Source: Gemmatimonadota bacterium
Lineage (GTDB): Bacteria; Gemmatimonadota; Gemmatimonadetes; Gemmatimonadales; GWC2-71-9
DNA length: 57,400 bases
Assembly: GCA_036679605.1 (NCBI GenBank)
Contig: JAZDCZ010000250.1
Location: 1-57,400, forward strand
Direction: 5' to 3'
Part shown: positions 7,623 to 16,657 of the stretch, in pieces
Position numbering within the stretch: the first letter of the stretch is position 1
How the letters are laid out: every line of letters begins with the position of its first letter
Translations under genes and position numbers: made by a program
The notes under the pieces: model-generated
Databases searched by the model: none
What the model was told of the DNA's origin: nothing
Seen by the model: the letters and a program-made list of their open reading frames with translations, nothing else

Positions 7623-8391
7623 GGTCGTGACCTCCAGTATCGGTCGCAGGCTCCTCCTCGGCCTCGTCGAGTGCTTGGATGGGAATTCTGAATTCACCTC
7701 CGAACTCGACGCCGTTGACTTCGATCTCTACATGAAGTTCGTAGATGCCTACTCCGCCAAACTCGCCCTCTACCTCGTATTCGCCAGCCTCCTCCTCGAC
7801 CGCTTCGAGCACGGATTCCGTGCCCCCGGGGAAGTGCATCTCGACCGCTAACTGGAGGCCGGCAACTTCGTCACCGGGAGTTCCATCCGGGAGCAACTCG
7901 TGAACGTGCAGGTGAATGTGCCGGGCTGTCGCCTCGTGGACCTCTCCGCCCGGAACCTCCATCTCTATCCAATAAGGGCCGACCTCCCTGTGCTGGTGCT
8001 CGACCGCGATCTCGGTTTGGCCAATCTCGCCCACGATCCCGTGCCGTTCCGGCATGCCCATCAGCTGCAGGTGGTGCTCTCCAGCCTCGAAGAACATCAC
8101 ATGAGCGGTGTATGCGTCGCCGACAGGTTCTAGGGCAACCGTCCGAGTGACGTCGCTACCATGAGTGCTTATCTGCAGGGCCGGCTGCTGCATGATCATG
8201 GGCGCGCCGTTCTGCATTGAGTGAATACGGATCTCAACTTCCTCAAAGGTCTCCACTCGTGCGACTTCGATCTCGAATTCGACGTCGGTTTCTAGGTCCG
8301 CGATCGCAGTGGGGTTGTCCCACCCCGTGCATCCCAACGTCGCAACGAGAGAGCCGGCCGCGAAGTTGATAATTCGCTTAGTGTATTTCAT
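7612..8391 (-). CDS. Acidic His-rich lipoprotein with two YtkA/FixH-like domains (putative metal chaperone)
   Basis: ATG 8391 with SD GGAG, lipobox TLGC, repeated G-x-Y…F…G-x-[HY]-x-L units, HIHLHVH, C-terminal GGHDHGN. Confidence 0.7.
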   Translation of the reverse strand: MKYTKRIINFAAGSLVATLGCTGWDNPTAIADLETDVEFEIEVARVETFEEVEIRIHSMQNGAPMIMQQPALQISTHGSDVTRTVALEPVGDAYTAHVMFFEAGEHHLQLMGMPERHGIVGEIGQTEIAVEHQHREVGPYWIEMEVPGGEVHEATARHIHLHVHELLPDGTPGDEVAGLQLAVEMHFPGGTESVLEAVEEEAGEYEVEGEFGGVGIYELHVEIEVNGVEFGGEFRIPIQALDEAEEEPATDTGGHDHGN

Positions 8392-8481
8392 TGCTGCTCC
8401 AGTTTGGTTCAAGTACCAAAAGCCCGTCAGAGGGCTATATTCTCTTTCCGTCAAAGATAAAGTGCGTGAGTAATCTTGGCT

Positions 8482-8497
8482 TGAAGCAAAAGTGAAG
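8482..8497 (-). promoter_or_regulatory. CTTCA-N6-CTTCA box upstream of the lipoprotein-porin-cytochrome operon
   Basis: Minus strand reads CTTCACTTTTGCTTCA, about 90 nt upstream of the start at 8391; same motif as at 2651-2705. Confidence 0.5.
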
Positions 8498-8560
8498 TTT
8501 TCTTTACATGGATCCGACGGCTTATCTCCATTCCAACGGAGCGGCACTCAGTGAACCTCT

Positions 8561-8576
8561 CTTCACAATAGTTTCA
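8561..8576 (+). promoter_or_regulatory. CTTCA-N6-TTTCA box in the divergent intergenic region
   Basis: CTTCACAATAGTTTCA; shares the 10-mer CTTCACAATA with 2662-2671. Confidence 0.45.
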
Positions 8577-8712
8577 TGCCGATTACAACAACGACGGATG
8601 TCTCGATACATACGCCGTGTGACTTGTGACATGACTCAGAGAGAGCGCACGTGACCAGGCAACAGCTGACGACCAACTAACCGGTGAGGGCAAATGCTCA
8701 GGGAGTGCAGAC

Positions 8713-9150
8713 ATGAGTAACTTGGCATTGGCGATCGTTGTGGGTTTACTGGGCGGGCTAGCCATAGCATTCCAGAACCCATTGGCCGGACTCATGGGGC
8801 GTATGGTAGGTGCTATCGAAAGCGCCTTCATCGTTCATCTTGGCGGGACCATAGTTGCCGGCTTGCTGCTCTTGGCGATGGGTGGTCGGAACATCGGTGC
8901 ATGGAGGAGTGCACCATGGTACGCACTTTCGTCAGGCGTACTTGGTGTCATACTCATCGCGTCGCTGAGCTACACGATCCCCAGAATGGGAGTCGCCGCC
9001 GCCGTTACGCTCGTTGTCGTGGCGCAACTCAGCATCGGCGCGGTGTTGGATCACTACGGAGTACTGGCGGTGATGCCCCGGCCCCTGGAGCTGTCGCGCG
9101 CGGTCGGCGTGTCGCTCCTGTTCGTAGGTACGTGGTTGATACTCAAGTAG
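8713..9150 (+). CDS. DMT family transporter (YdcZ/DUF606 type)
   Basis: About 5 TM helices, AFQ…, PWYALSSGVLG, VAQL…LDHYG motifs. Confidence 0.85.
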   Translation: MSNLALAIVVGLLGGLAIAFQNPLAGLMGRMVGAIESAFIVHLGGTIVAGLLLLAMGGRNIGAWRSAPWYALSSGVLGVILIASLSYTIPRMGVAAAVTLVVVAQLSIGAVLDHYGVLAVMPRPLELSRAVGVSLLFVGTWLILK

Positions 9151-9297
9151 CTTGGGATTGGGCGGCTCAGGAGTCGTTCTCACCGTCCTTTCGCTACAGG
9201 TCGGCCGCCGCTGGTTGTGGGCCGAACGGCTTGCCCACTTGAACAAGCCCGACATCTGGCCATCTTAATGATCCTCACCGAATTGTCCGGAGGAAAG

Positions 9298-10128
9298 ATG
9301 AGAGTTGCCCTACTGCAGTCTGGTGTGATCATTCTTGCATTGACGGCCTGTTCGTCTCAGGCGGGAGATAGTAGCTCGAGTTCGGAGAAAGCCACAGTCT
9401 CGTCTATCCCGGACGCGATAATCGGCAAGGCACCCGCTCCGCAAGGCGAGGCCATCAGGTACATCTTGGGCGACGACTCGACGCGCGGATACCTAGCCGT
9501 GCCAGAAGGAGAGGGACCGTTCCCTGCACTCATTCTCATCCATGAATGGAACGGGCTGGTCGATCGCGTGCGGCAGGTCGCCGACGAGTTCGCGGCTCAA
9601 GGATATGTCGCGCTGGCAGCAGATCTTTATCATGGACGGACGGGCAGTAGCCCTGAAGAGAACCGAGCACTTGCGACCGATGCGCGCGGCCGTCAGGATG
9701 ACTTGATCAAGAACTTGGATTACGCGCAGCGATTTCTCAAGCAACGTTCCGATGTCACCGGCAAGGTTGCTGTGATGGGATGGTGCTTTGGCGGCGGCGT
9801 GGCATTGAGCTACGCTTTGGGTGGAGAACAGCACGACGGGACCGCAATCTTTTACGGCAGCTTGGTAGAGGATCCAGCTATACTCGCTTCGCTCGACCAT
9901 CCGATATACGGGACCTTCGCTGAAATGGACCGCGGCATTCCGCCCGATCAGGTAGAACGCTTTGCCGCTGCGCTCGATAGTATCGGTATCGAGAACGACA
10001 TTCACGTCTACGATGCCGTAGGTCACGGCTTTTGGTTGCGAGTGGACGGAGATCCGGATGTGCGTGCGGCCCCGGCCGGTGATGCATGGGGGCGCCTGAA
10101 GGTCTATTTGAAGAAGGTGCTCGACTGA
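9298..10128 (+). CDS. Dienelactone hydrolase family lipoprotein
   Basis: SD GGAGG, lipobox LTAC, IHEWNGL, GWCFGG nucleophile, GHGF. Confidence 0.9.
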   Translation: MRVALLQSGVIILALTACSSQAGDSSSSSEKATVSSIPDAIIGKAPAPQGEAIRYILGDDSTRGYLAVPEGEGPFPALILIHEWNGLVDRVRQVADEFAAQGYVALAADLYHGRTGSSPEENRALATDARGRQDDLIKNLDYAQRFLKQRSDVTGKVAVMGWCFGGGVALSYALGGEQHDGTAIFYGSLVEDPAILASLDHPIYGTFAEMDRGIPPDQVERFAAALDSIGIENDIHVYDAVGHGFWLRVDGDPDVRAAPAGDAWGRLKVYLKKVLD

Positions 10129-10148
10129 CCTAGTCTCCTCAGCTGTCA

Positions 10149-10553
10149 CTATTCTTCTTCGTCTAAAAACTCGAGCATGGGGCACTCACCGGTGGGTTGG
10201 CGAGCCTCACACGACTCGACAAAACGATTGAGCGCCTTCTTTATGGTTTCGAGTTCGGTGATCTTCTGCTCGACCATCGCGATCTTCGACAGCGTCTTCG
10301 CCTCAACTGCTTGACAGGCGTTCACGTGGTCGATTCTCAAGGCCAAGAGTTCGCCGATCTCGCTGAGCGAAAACCCGAGATCTTGGGCTCGCTTTATGAA
10401 ACGGATCTGCCGTGCCGCATCTGGAGAGTACTGCCTGTAGCCCGACCTGCTGCGGCTCGGCACGTCTATTAGGCCCCGGCGCTCGTAATACCGCACCGTC
10501 TGGACGTTTACGCCGGCTTGAGCAGCGAGCCGGCCGATTGTCATCGTCATCAC
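10149..10553 (-). CDS. MerR-family heavy-metal-responsive regulator with Hg-type Cys spacing
   Basis: TIGRLA…TVRYYERRGL HTH; C80/C115/C124 spacing equals MerR C82/C117/C126. Confidence 0.9.
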   Translation of the reverse strand: MMTMTIGRLAAQAGVNVQTVRYYERRGLIDVPSRSRSGYRQYSPDAARQIRFIKRAQDLGFSLSEIGELLALRIDHVNACQAVEAKTLSKIAMVEQKITELETIKKALNRFVESCEARQPTGECPMLEFLDEEE

Positions 10554-10577
10554 CGATCTCCGGAGGTAGTGACGATC

Positions 10578-10609
10578 AAAGTAAACTCTATACCATGGTA
10601 CAAGGTCAA
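10578..10609 (-). promoter_or_regulatory. MerR-type long-spacer promoter with dyad operator
   Basis: Minus strand TTGACC-N20-TACTTT; spacer contains the dyad ACCTTGTACCATGGTATAGAGT with core palindrome TACCATGGTA. Confidence 0.8.
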
Positions 10610-10698
10610 GGGCCCAGAATTGACTCTACCGCAGGCCGACGTGGGCCGATATTCTATTCTTCGGTTACAGCTGATAAACAAGCCATGAGGACTATCGT

Positions 10699-11142
10699 TT
10701 GAGACCGTGTAGGACTTCGAACCCGAATGTGTGTTACTGGGCACTACTGACAGTCGGCCTGACCGCATGCATCTATGGGCCGACAATAGCACTGTTCGAT
10801 CAGCGCGCTTACGAGAACGCGACGTCGCTCAAGGCAGAGGCTTTGGGGGTGATGGATCGGGCGGGAGATCCATTTGTGGGGTACGAAGACGAGGTCCGCA
10901 GGCTAATGATTCGCCTAGAGGCGGCATACGAGTACGCCAAGGGAATTCCAAAAAACGGCCCTTCGGCGGAGCAGTGGGAGGTTCTACGGGCCAGAGACGG
11001 CGCATTGTTGTGGGGCTTCTTCGATCTCTGGGAGCGCCATGGTACGCTACTGCCGGGTGACGTCACGGCAAGCAGGAAGAATGTTGCCGACGCATTCGAT
11101 TCGATTATACGGCTAGAGGCCGAGAAGATCAGAAGAGAATAA
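10699..11142 (+). CDS. Hypothetical helical lipoprotein (start uncertain)
   Basis: Lipobox LTAC, protein-like helical sequence, tightly linked to the next gene. Confidence 0.7.
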   Translation: MRPCRTSNPNVCYWALLTVGLTACIYGPTIALFDQRAYENATSLKAEALGVMDRAGDPFVGYEDEVRRLMIRLEAAYEYAKGIPKNGPSAEQWEVLRARDGALLWGFFDLWERHGTLLPGDVTASRKNVADAFDSIIRLEAEKIRRE

Positions 11143-11156
11143 CAGGGGATGCGTGT

Positions 11157-11501
11157 GTGACAGAGGAACATAGTTTCGATCACTTCTTGAGTATGCTGGA
11201 AAGCAAGTTGCTGGCGATCGCGCTCGAGCAAGTGAGCGATCACGTCGACGCGCTGGTCGGAGATGGTCGGGATTTCGTGCGGGAGACCGAACACGACTTG
11301 CGTGAGTGGGCAGCAATGTTGGCCAGCGGCGAAATGACTTCCGCAGGATTCGCGTTGGCCGTGCGCGGCAAGGCCGATCTGGCCAAGATGAATGCGCTCG
11401 AGCGTACGGGACTGGCGGCAGTCCAGGTGGACAAGCTCAAGCGCTCGTTGATTGACGCGGTGGTGGATACAGCTACTACATTGTTCCTACCTATGGCGTG
11501 A
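11157..11501 (+). CDS. Hypothetical helical protein
   Basis: GTG start 14 nt after the previous stop with a GGGGA SD; amphipathic helices. Confidence 0.7.
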   Translation: MTEEHSFDHFLSMLESKLLAIALEQVSDHVDALVGDGRDFVRETEHDLREWAAMLASGEMTSAGFALAVRGKADLAKMNALERTGLAAVQVDKLKRSLIDAVVDTATTLFLPMA

Positions 11502-11570
11502 TCGGCGTCGCAAGTGTCCCGCAACCGAAACTCATAGCTGAAGGTGCATCAACCGTTACGAACTAGGGTT

Positions 11571-13997
11571 ATGACCTTCAGGGCGTCTCGGGTCGTATGT
11601 TTGTGGGTCGTGACGCTCATGATGACGAGCGCATTGCTGGCAGCACAGGACAGGCCGTCAGGGGTTCAGCGCTTTTTCATCACGGGTACCGTGCGCGACT
11701 CGGTGACGAACAAGCCCGTATCGTTTGCGATCGTGAATGTGGCCGACACGAGCCTGTCGACAATCTCCAGCCGCCAGGGCAAGTACAGCTTCTCACTTCC
11801 AGCCGGTGTGTGGAATCTAGAGTTTCGGAAGATCGGCTATGGCATGGAGGAACTCACGATTTCGGTCGGCGGGGATACTGGGGACACTGGGGATACTATA
11901 GATAGGGATATCTTGCTCGGCCCTCTCCCGGTGGAGCTTGCCGCCGTAACTGTCGAAGGTGAACGGGATGACCTCGCACGAAGACTCATTACCCAGGCGA
12001 TCGCTCGAAAGAACGATGTTCTGTCGAGGATTCACGATTACCGGTACGACGCGTACATAAAGTTCGTCGTTCGAGATATGAAGAGGAACCAGGACTCGGT
12101 CGATGCAATCTTCCTGTTGACCGAAACACAGACCACTGCGTACTGGCAGCAACCGGACAAATACCAAGAGGTCATCACCGCACGCCGACAGTCCAGTAAC
12201 CTCGATGCGGAAAACAACCTCGTATCCGTTGGCCAGATCGTCAACTTCAACAAGGATCGTATTGACCTTCAGAAGTACTCCGTCGTCTCACCAATATCCG
12301 ACGATGCGTTAGGACATTACGACTACTATGTTGCCGACACGTTGCATGAAGCGGGCCGAACCGTATTTAGGCTTGGTATCGAGCCTCGGTCGGATGCCGA
12401 CCCGCTCTTTGTCGGTTTCATCGACATTGCTGACTCCACCTATGACGTGATGGTCGTGGACGTGGGTGTCAACGATGCGGTTCGTTTCGAGTTCGTCGAT
12501 AATCTTCGGTACCGGCAGCGTTTCGCGAACGTGAGCGCGGATTACTGGATGCCCACTGAGATACGCTTTGCCGGTGAAGTGCGCTTCGGCGTTCCGATCC
12601 CCGGGTTTCCCGAACAACTCGCGTTCGTCCATACGGCGTCGTTACACGATTTTCGGTTCGACGAGGAACAGCCGCCCGTTGGCCTCAATGAGTTTGAGGT
12701 GGTGGTAGACGCCGGAGCTGATGACGCGGATAGCCTCGTATGGGGGGAGCGACGGATACCACTCATGGAGATTGAGACTGCGGCCTACAGCCGGATCGAT
12801 TCAATTGAGCACGCTCCAAAGCCGGTCGGAGAGCGGCTTTTTGGAGGGACGCTGGGCGCGTTCTTCCTGACGTTCAATCGTGACTTCTTTCATTTTAATA
12901 GGGTTGAGGGCGCCTACATGGGTGCGGGTGCGACGCTGCGAGACGTTTCTCCGAATCTGGTCCTTCGCGCTAAATCGGGATACGCATTGGAAAAGGAAAA
13001 GTGGCAGCATCACTACGGTGTGCAGTATAGGCTGTCGGAGCGGCAGCGGCTTTGGCTCGGGGTGTCGTATCGCGATGAGATTGTAAATCGCCCTACCGTA
13101 GCGGGCGGAATACGCAATACTACACACCTCGCTCTGTTGGCGAGGCTCGACCCCTTGGACTATTACCGCGAGGAGGGGTTCGCGGTCTCGCTGTCCACAA
13201 AACTCGTCAACTTCACACAATTGCGGATCCAGTATAACGATGTGGATCAGTCATCGGTGGACGTCGTGACGAATTATGGACTGTTCGACAACGACAGGGC
13301 CCAACGTGCCAACCCTGCGATTGTAGATGGACGCCTACGCTCTATCGCTGGGACCATCACGTACGATTCGCGAAAGCTACTGAAGCGCAAAGGACGCGAT
13401 TTCTACATCAATAGTTTTACACGTACCAGAGTATCGATCGGCGCCGAGTACGCGTCGCCGGATTTCCTCAATAACGATTTCGACTTCTTGCGATATTTCG
13501 TGCGAGTCGAAAAGCGGCAGCGCACGCTCAATCTGGGTATGACGACGATAGACCTTTTTGCTGGAGCGTCATCGAGCAAGCTACCTCCGCAGCGCTACTA
13601 CACATTGGACTTCGGGAACGGCGTGTTCTTCGAGGGAAGAGGGTTCAACACGCTCAACGAAAATAATTTTTCCGGCAATCGAGCCGGTTTGTTCTTCATC
13701 ACGCACGACTTCGATCAGCAGCTGTTCCGGAGGAGTCACATTCCGCTTGTACGAGATTTACCCGTTACGTTCAGCGTACACGGGGGAGCGTTCTGGACTG
13801 ACTTCGTCGACCATGCCGCGAACCCAGGTGACGCTAATCTTCTGACAACCAGCAGTGCCTATGGCGAGGTCGGATTCGGCGTCGGAAACCTCACTCCCAT
13901 GATATCGCCTTTCAATTTTACTGCTTGGTTCACATGGCAGGTGTCGTCGTTCGAAACGGATCGTTTTGTCTTCAGGATAGGGGTTCCGGCTCCATAA
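11571..13997 (+). CDS. DUF5686-type outer-membrane protein with N-terminal carboxypeptidase-regulatory-like domain
   Basis: Signal peptide, ITGTVRDS…G.Y…IGY, VSPISDDA…YDY, FNRVEG, C-terminal YGEVGFGVGN. Confidence 0.8.
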   Translation: MTFRASRVVCLWVVTLMMTSALLAAQDRPSGVQRFFITGTVRDSVTNKPVSFAIVNVADTSLSTISSRQGKYSFSLPAGVWNLEFRKIGYGMEELTISVGGDTGDTGDTIDRDILLGPLPVELAAVTVEGERDDLARRLITQAIARKNDVLSRIHDYRYDAYIKFVVRDMKRNQDSVDAIFLLTETQTTAYWQQPDKYQEVITARRQSSNLDAENNLVSVGQIVNFNKDRIDLQKYSVVSPISDDALGHYDYYVADTLHEAGRTVFRLGIEPRSDADPLFVGFIDIADSTYDVMVVDVGVNDAVRFEFVDNLRYRQRFANVSADYWMPTEIRFAGEVRFGVPIPGFPEQLAFVHTASLHDFRFDEEQPPVGLNEFEVVVDAGADDADSLVWGERRIPLMEIETAAYSRIDSIEHAPKPVGERLFGGTLGAFFLTFNRDFFHFNRVEGAYMGAGATLRDVSPNLVLRAKSGYALEKEKWQHHYGVQYRLSERQRLWLGVSYRDEIVNRPTVAGGIRNTTHLALLARLDPLDYYREEGFAVSLSTKLVNFTQLRIQYNDVDQSSVDVVTNYGLFDNDRAQRANPAIVDGRLRSIAGTITYDSRKLLKRKGRDFYINSFTRTRVSIGAEYASPDFLNNDFDFLRYFVRVEKRQRTLNLGMTTIDLFAGASSSKLPPQRYYTLDFGNGVFFEGRGFNTLNENNFSGNRAGLFFITHDFDQQLFRRSHIPLVRDLPVTFSVHGGAFWTDFVDHAANPGDANLLTTSSAYGEVGFGVGNLTPMISPFNFTAWFTWQVSSFETDRFVFRIGVPAP

Positions 13998-14099
13998 GAT
14001 ACAAGACCGTTGCGAGGTACAGACATATGCGATATTGTAAGTCCGAATCGCAATCCCCCCAAATAGGTGCGACGCGGTCTCGCTGAGCACAGGTAGACT

Positions 14100-15692
14100 A
14101 TGCCAAGAAAGAAACCAGGGGCTGACTCCGAGTCGGAGGTGACCCCGAAAATCGCAGATTTCAGTGAAGAAGAAGTGATGCTCTTCTTCCGCCATGCCGC
14201 AGAGCACACCAAAGATGCGACGTACTGGGTGAGGGCCGACGGCAGCATTCTATATGCGAACAAAGCGGCTCGCGAGTCTCTTGGATATACTCACGAAGAG
14301 TTTGTGTCGATGGTGGTTCCCGACATAGACCCCGACTTCCCTCGGGAGGCATGGCCGGAGCATTGGCGCGAAATGAAGAAGGCCGGTACGCTCACATTCG
14401 AGGCGCATCATCAGGCCAAGGATGGACGCGTATTCCCCGTCGAGATTCTATCGAATTTTCTGGAGTACGAAGACGAGGAATACATCTGGGCATACGTTCG
14501 CGATATTACAGAACGCAAGAAAGCTGAAGTGGCGCTGCGGGAATCCCAGAAGTTGGAGAGCATCGGTGTGCTAGCAGGTGGAATCGCACATGACTTCAAT
14601 AACCTGCTTGTAGGCGTACTGGGTAACGCGAGTTTGGCGTTGATGGACCTTCCCGCGACCTCACCGATCAAAGAGCGGCTGGAGAAGATCAGGGACGCTG
14701 CTCGAAGAGCTTCGCAACTCTCTGTCCAGATGCTTGCGTATGCCGGCAAGGGAAAACTCAAAGCAACCGAGGTCGACATCAGCCAAGTAGTGACCGGAAT
14801 GAAAAGCTTGCTTGAATCTACGGTAGCAGATATCGCGGTGTTGAAGTTCGACCTGGCAGACGCGCTTCCGCTGATCGAGGTTGACGTTACGCAAATCAGG
14901 CAGATCGTTCTCAACCTCGTCACAAACGCGTCCGAAGCGCTGGAGCGGACCGCTGGAAGCGTAAATGTTGCAACGGGATCCATGCATTGCAGCCAAGAGT
15001 ATTTGAGCGGTACCCGGCTGGGTGAGCAGAGGCCGGCAGGAGTTTACTCTTACATAGACGTCTCCGATACCGGGTCTGGTATGGACAGTGACACAGTGAG
15101 CAAGATGTTCGATCCGTTCTTCACCACTAGGTTCATCGGCCGAGGACTCGGATTGGCAGCCCTCTTTGGGATTGTACGAGGATATGAGGGAGTGATTAAG
15201 GTCGAGAGCGATCCAGGGCAGGGGACGACGATCCGAGTTCTGTTACCGGCGCTGGATGTGCCGGCCGATCGTGTCGACGACGCCGAAGACGCTGTTCCTA
15301 CGTTACGCCGTGGTGCAACTATCCTGTTGGTGGACGATGAGCCAATGGTGATCGATGTAACGAGCAGTATGTTACAACGCGCGGGGTTGAAGGTGCTGGC
15401 TGCATCCGGTGGACAAGAGGCGATAGATATTTTCCGGAATTGTGGCGGCAAAGTGAATTGCGTCTTGCTAGATCTCACCATGCCGGGGATGAATGGAGAT
15501 GAACTTATTGACCAGCTGCACAAGATGAAGGAGGATGTGCCAGTCATCCTCTGCAGCGGCCACTACCACAAGGGGGTGGAGGAACGGCTCGAGGCAGAAG
15601 GCTTCGCCGGAGTTATTCAAAAGCCCTACGAATGGAGCACTTTAGCGATAGCTCTCGGTCGCGTTCTGGGAACCGAAGAAACCCAAGCGTAG
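14100..15692 (+). CDS. Cytoplasmic PAS hybrid histidine kinase/response regulator (CckA-like)
   Basis: PAS/PAC, AGGIAHDFNN H-box, DTGSGM, FDPFFTT, GRGLGL, receiver LLVDDE…LLDLTMP…KP. Confidence 0.9.
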   Translation: MPRKKPGADSESEVTPKIADFSEEEVMLFFRHAAEHTKDATYWVRADGSILYANKAARESLGYTHEEFVSMVVPDIDPDFPREAWPEHWREMKKAGTLTFEAHHQAKDGRVFPVEILSNFLEYEDEEYIWAYVRDITERKKAEVALRESQKLESIGVLAGGIAHDFNNLLVGVLGNASLALMDLPATSPIKERLEKIRDAARRASQLSVQMLAYAGKGKLKATEVDISQVVTGMKSLLESTVADIAVLKFDLADALPLIEVDVTQIRQIVLNLVTNASEALERTAGSVNVATGSMHCSQEYLSGTRLGEQRPAGVYSYIDVSDTGSGMDSDTVSKMFDPFFTTRFIGRGLGLAALFGIVRGYEGVIKVESDPGQGTTIRVLLPALDVPADRVDDAEDAVPTLRRGATILLVDDEPMVIDVTSSMLQRAGLKVLAASGGQEAIDIFRNCGGKVNCVLLDLTMPGMNGDELIDQLHKMKEDVPVILCSGHYHKGVEERLEAEGFAGVIQKPYEWSTLAIALGRVLGTEETQA

Positions 15693-15694
15693 CG

Positions 15695-16462
15695 CTACCG
15701 GGCGCATGTCTGAGCCCTCCCGCCGTCGATGGCCACGGTCTCGCCGGTAATCCAGCCGGCGCGTTTCGATGCCAGAAAAGCAATCAGTTCTGCCACCTCG
15801 TCGGCGTTACCTACGCGCCCGAGGGGATGCGTGGTGCTGCCGCGCTCCAAGAACGCCGCGTAAGACTCCTCGTCCATTCCACCGCTTCGGTGCAGTTCGG
15901 TGCGTACAACGCCCGGATTGACCGCGTTCACGCGAACTCCCATTGGCGCAAGCTCTAACGCAAGGCAGCGGGTGAGTTGATCCACGGCGGCCTTGCTGAC
16001 ACAGTAGGCCAGAACTCCCGGGAACGCGCGCGTTCCCGCAACGCTACTCACGTTGATCACCGTACCCTTACGTTTCTCGAGCAGCGGCAGGGTGAGCCGC
16101 GTTAGATTGAATATCGAACGTAGGTTGATGGCCATCATGCGATCCCAGTCATCGAGACTGGTGGAATCCCATGCACCCGACACCAATATGCCTGCGGCAT
16201 TGACCAAGATGTCGAGGCCGCCCAAGCGGTCCTGCGCGGCGTCCACCAATTCGCCGGGAAACGTGTCATCGGTCAGATCGCCCGCTACGGCCACGCAGCG
16301 GCCGGCGCAGTCGTTGTCTTGCTCCAGCTCAACTAGGACGTTTCTACGCCTCGCGGTTGCCACCACATTCGCTCCGCGACCAGCCAGGAGTCGAGCAGTC
16401 GCGCGGCCGATCCCACTACTGGCTCCAGTTACCAGAGCCTTGATTCCGTCAAATTCGAGCAT
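15695..16462 (-). CDS. SDR family oxidoreductase
   Basis: TGASSGIG, NAAG, YCVSK catalytic motif, VNAVNPG. Confidence 0.95.
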   Translation of the reverse strand: MLEFDGIKALVTGASSGIGRATARLLAGRGANVVATARRRNVLVELEQDNDCAGRCVAVAGDLTDDTFPGELVDAAQDRLGGLDILVNAAGILVSGAWDSTSLDDWDRMMAINLRSIFNLTRLTLPLLEKRKGTVINVSSVAGTRAFPGVLAYCVSKAAVDQLTRCLALELAPMGVRVNAVNPGVVRTELHRSGGMDEESYAAFLERGSTTHPLGRVGNADEVAELIAFLASKRAGWITGETVAIDGGRAQTCAR

Positions 16463-16657
16463 AGCTGTTCAGTCCACGTTGATGGTTGGCAGTTGTCGTT
16501 TGACCTGTGGATCCCGGGCTTCGGTTACGGGTACTCCTTGGGAGGTCTGACTTACATCAAGAATACTGTGTGAGTCGGGTTCTGTCTCGTTCCCGTTTTC
16601 GCGAGTAGATTGGGAACCAGTGATCCGTCGTCTCAACTTCTGTGATCGAGGGTGAAA

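Noticed and set aside
8392..8547. N-terminal extension of the lipoprotein, or a second RAPP leader
   Set aside because: The SD and signal peptide fit ATG 8391, no RAPP/RGPP motif was seen, and the region looks like a promoter.
11871..11897. 9-bp triple repeat encoding GDTGDTGDT
   Set aside because: In-frame linker slippage; it cannot cause phase variation.
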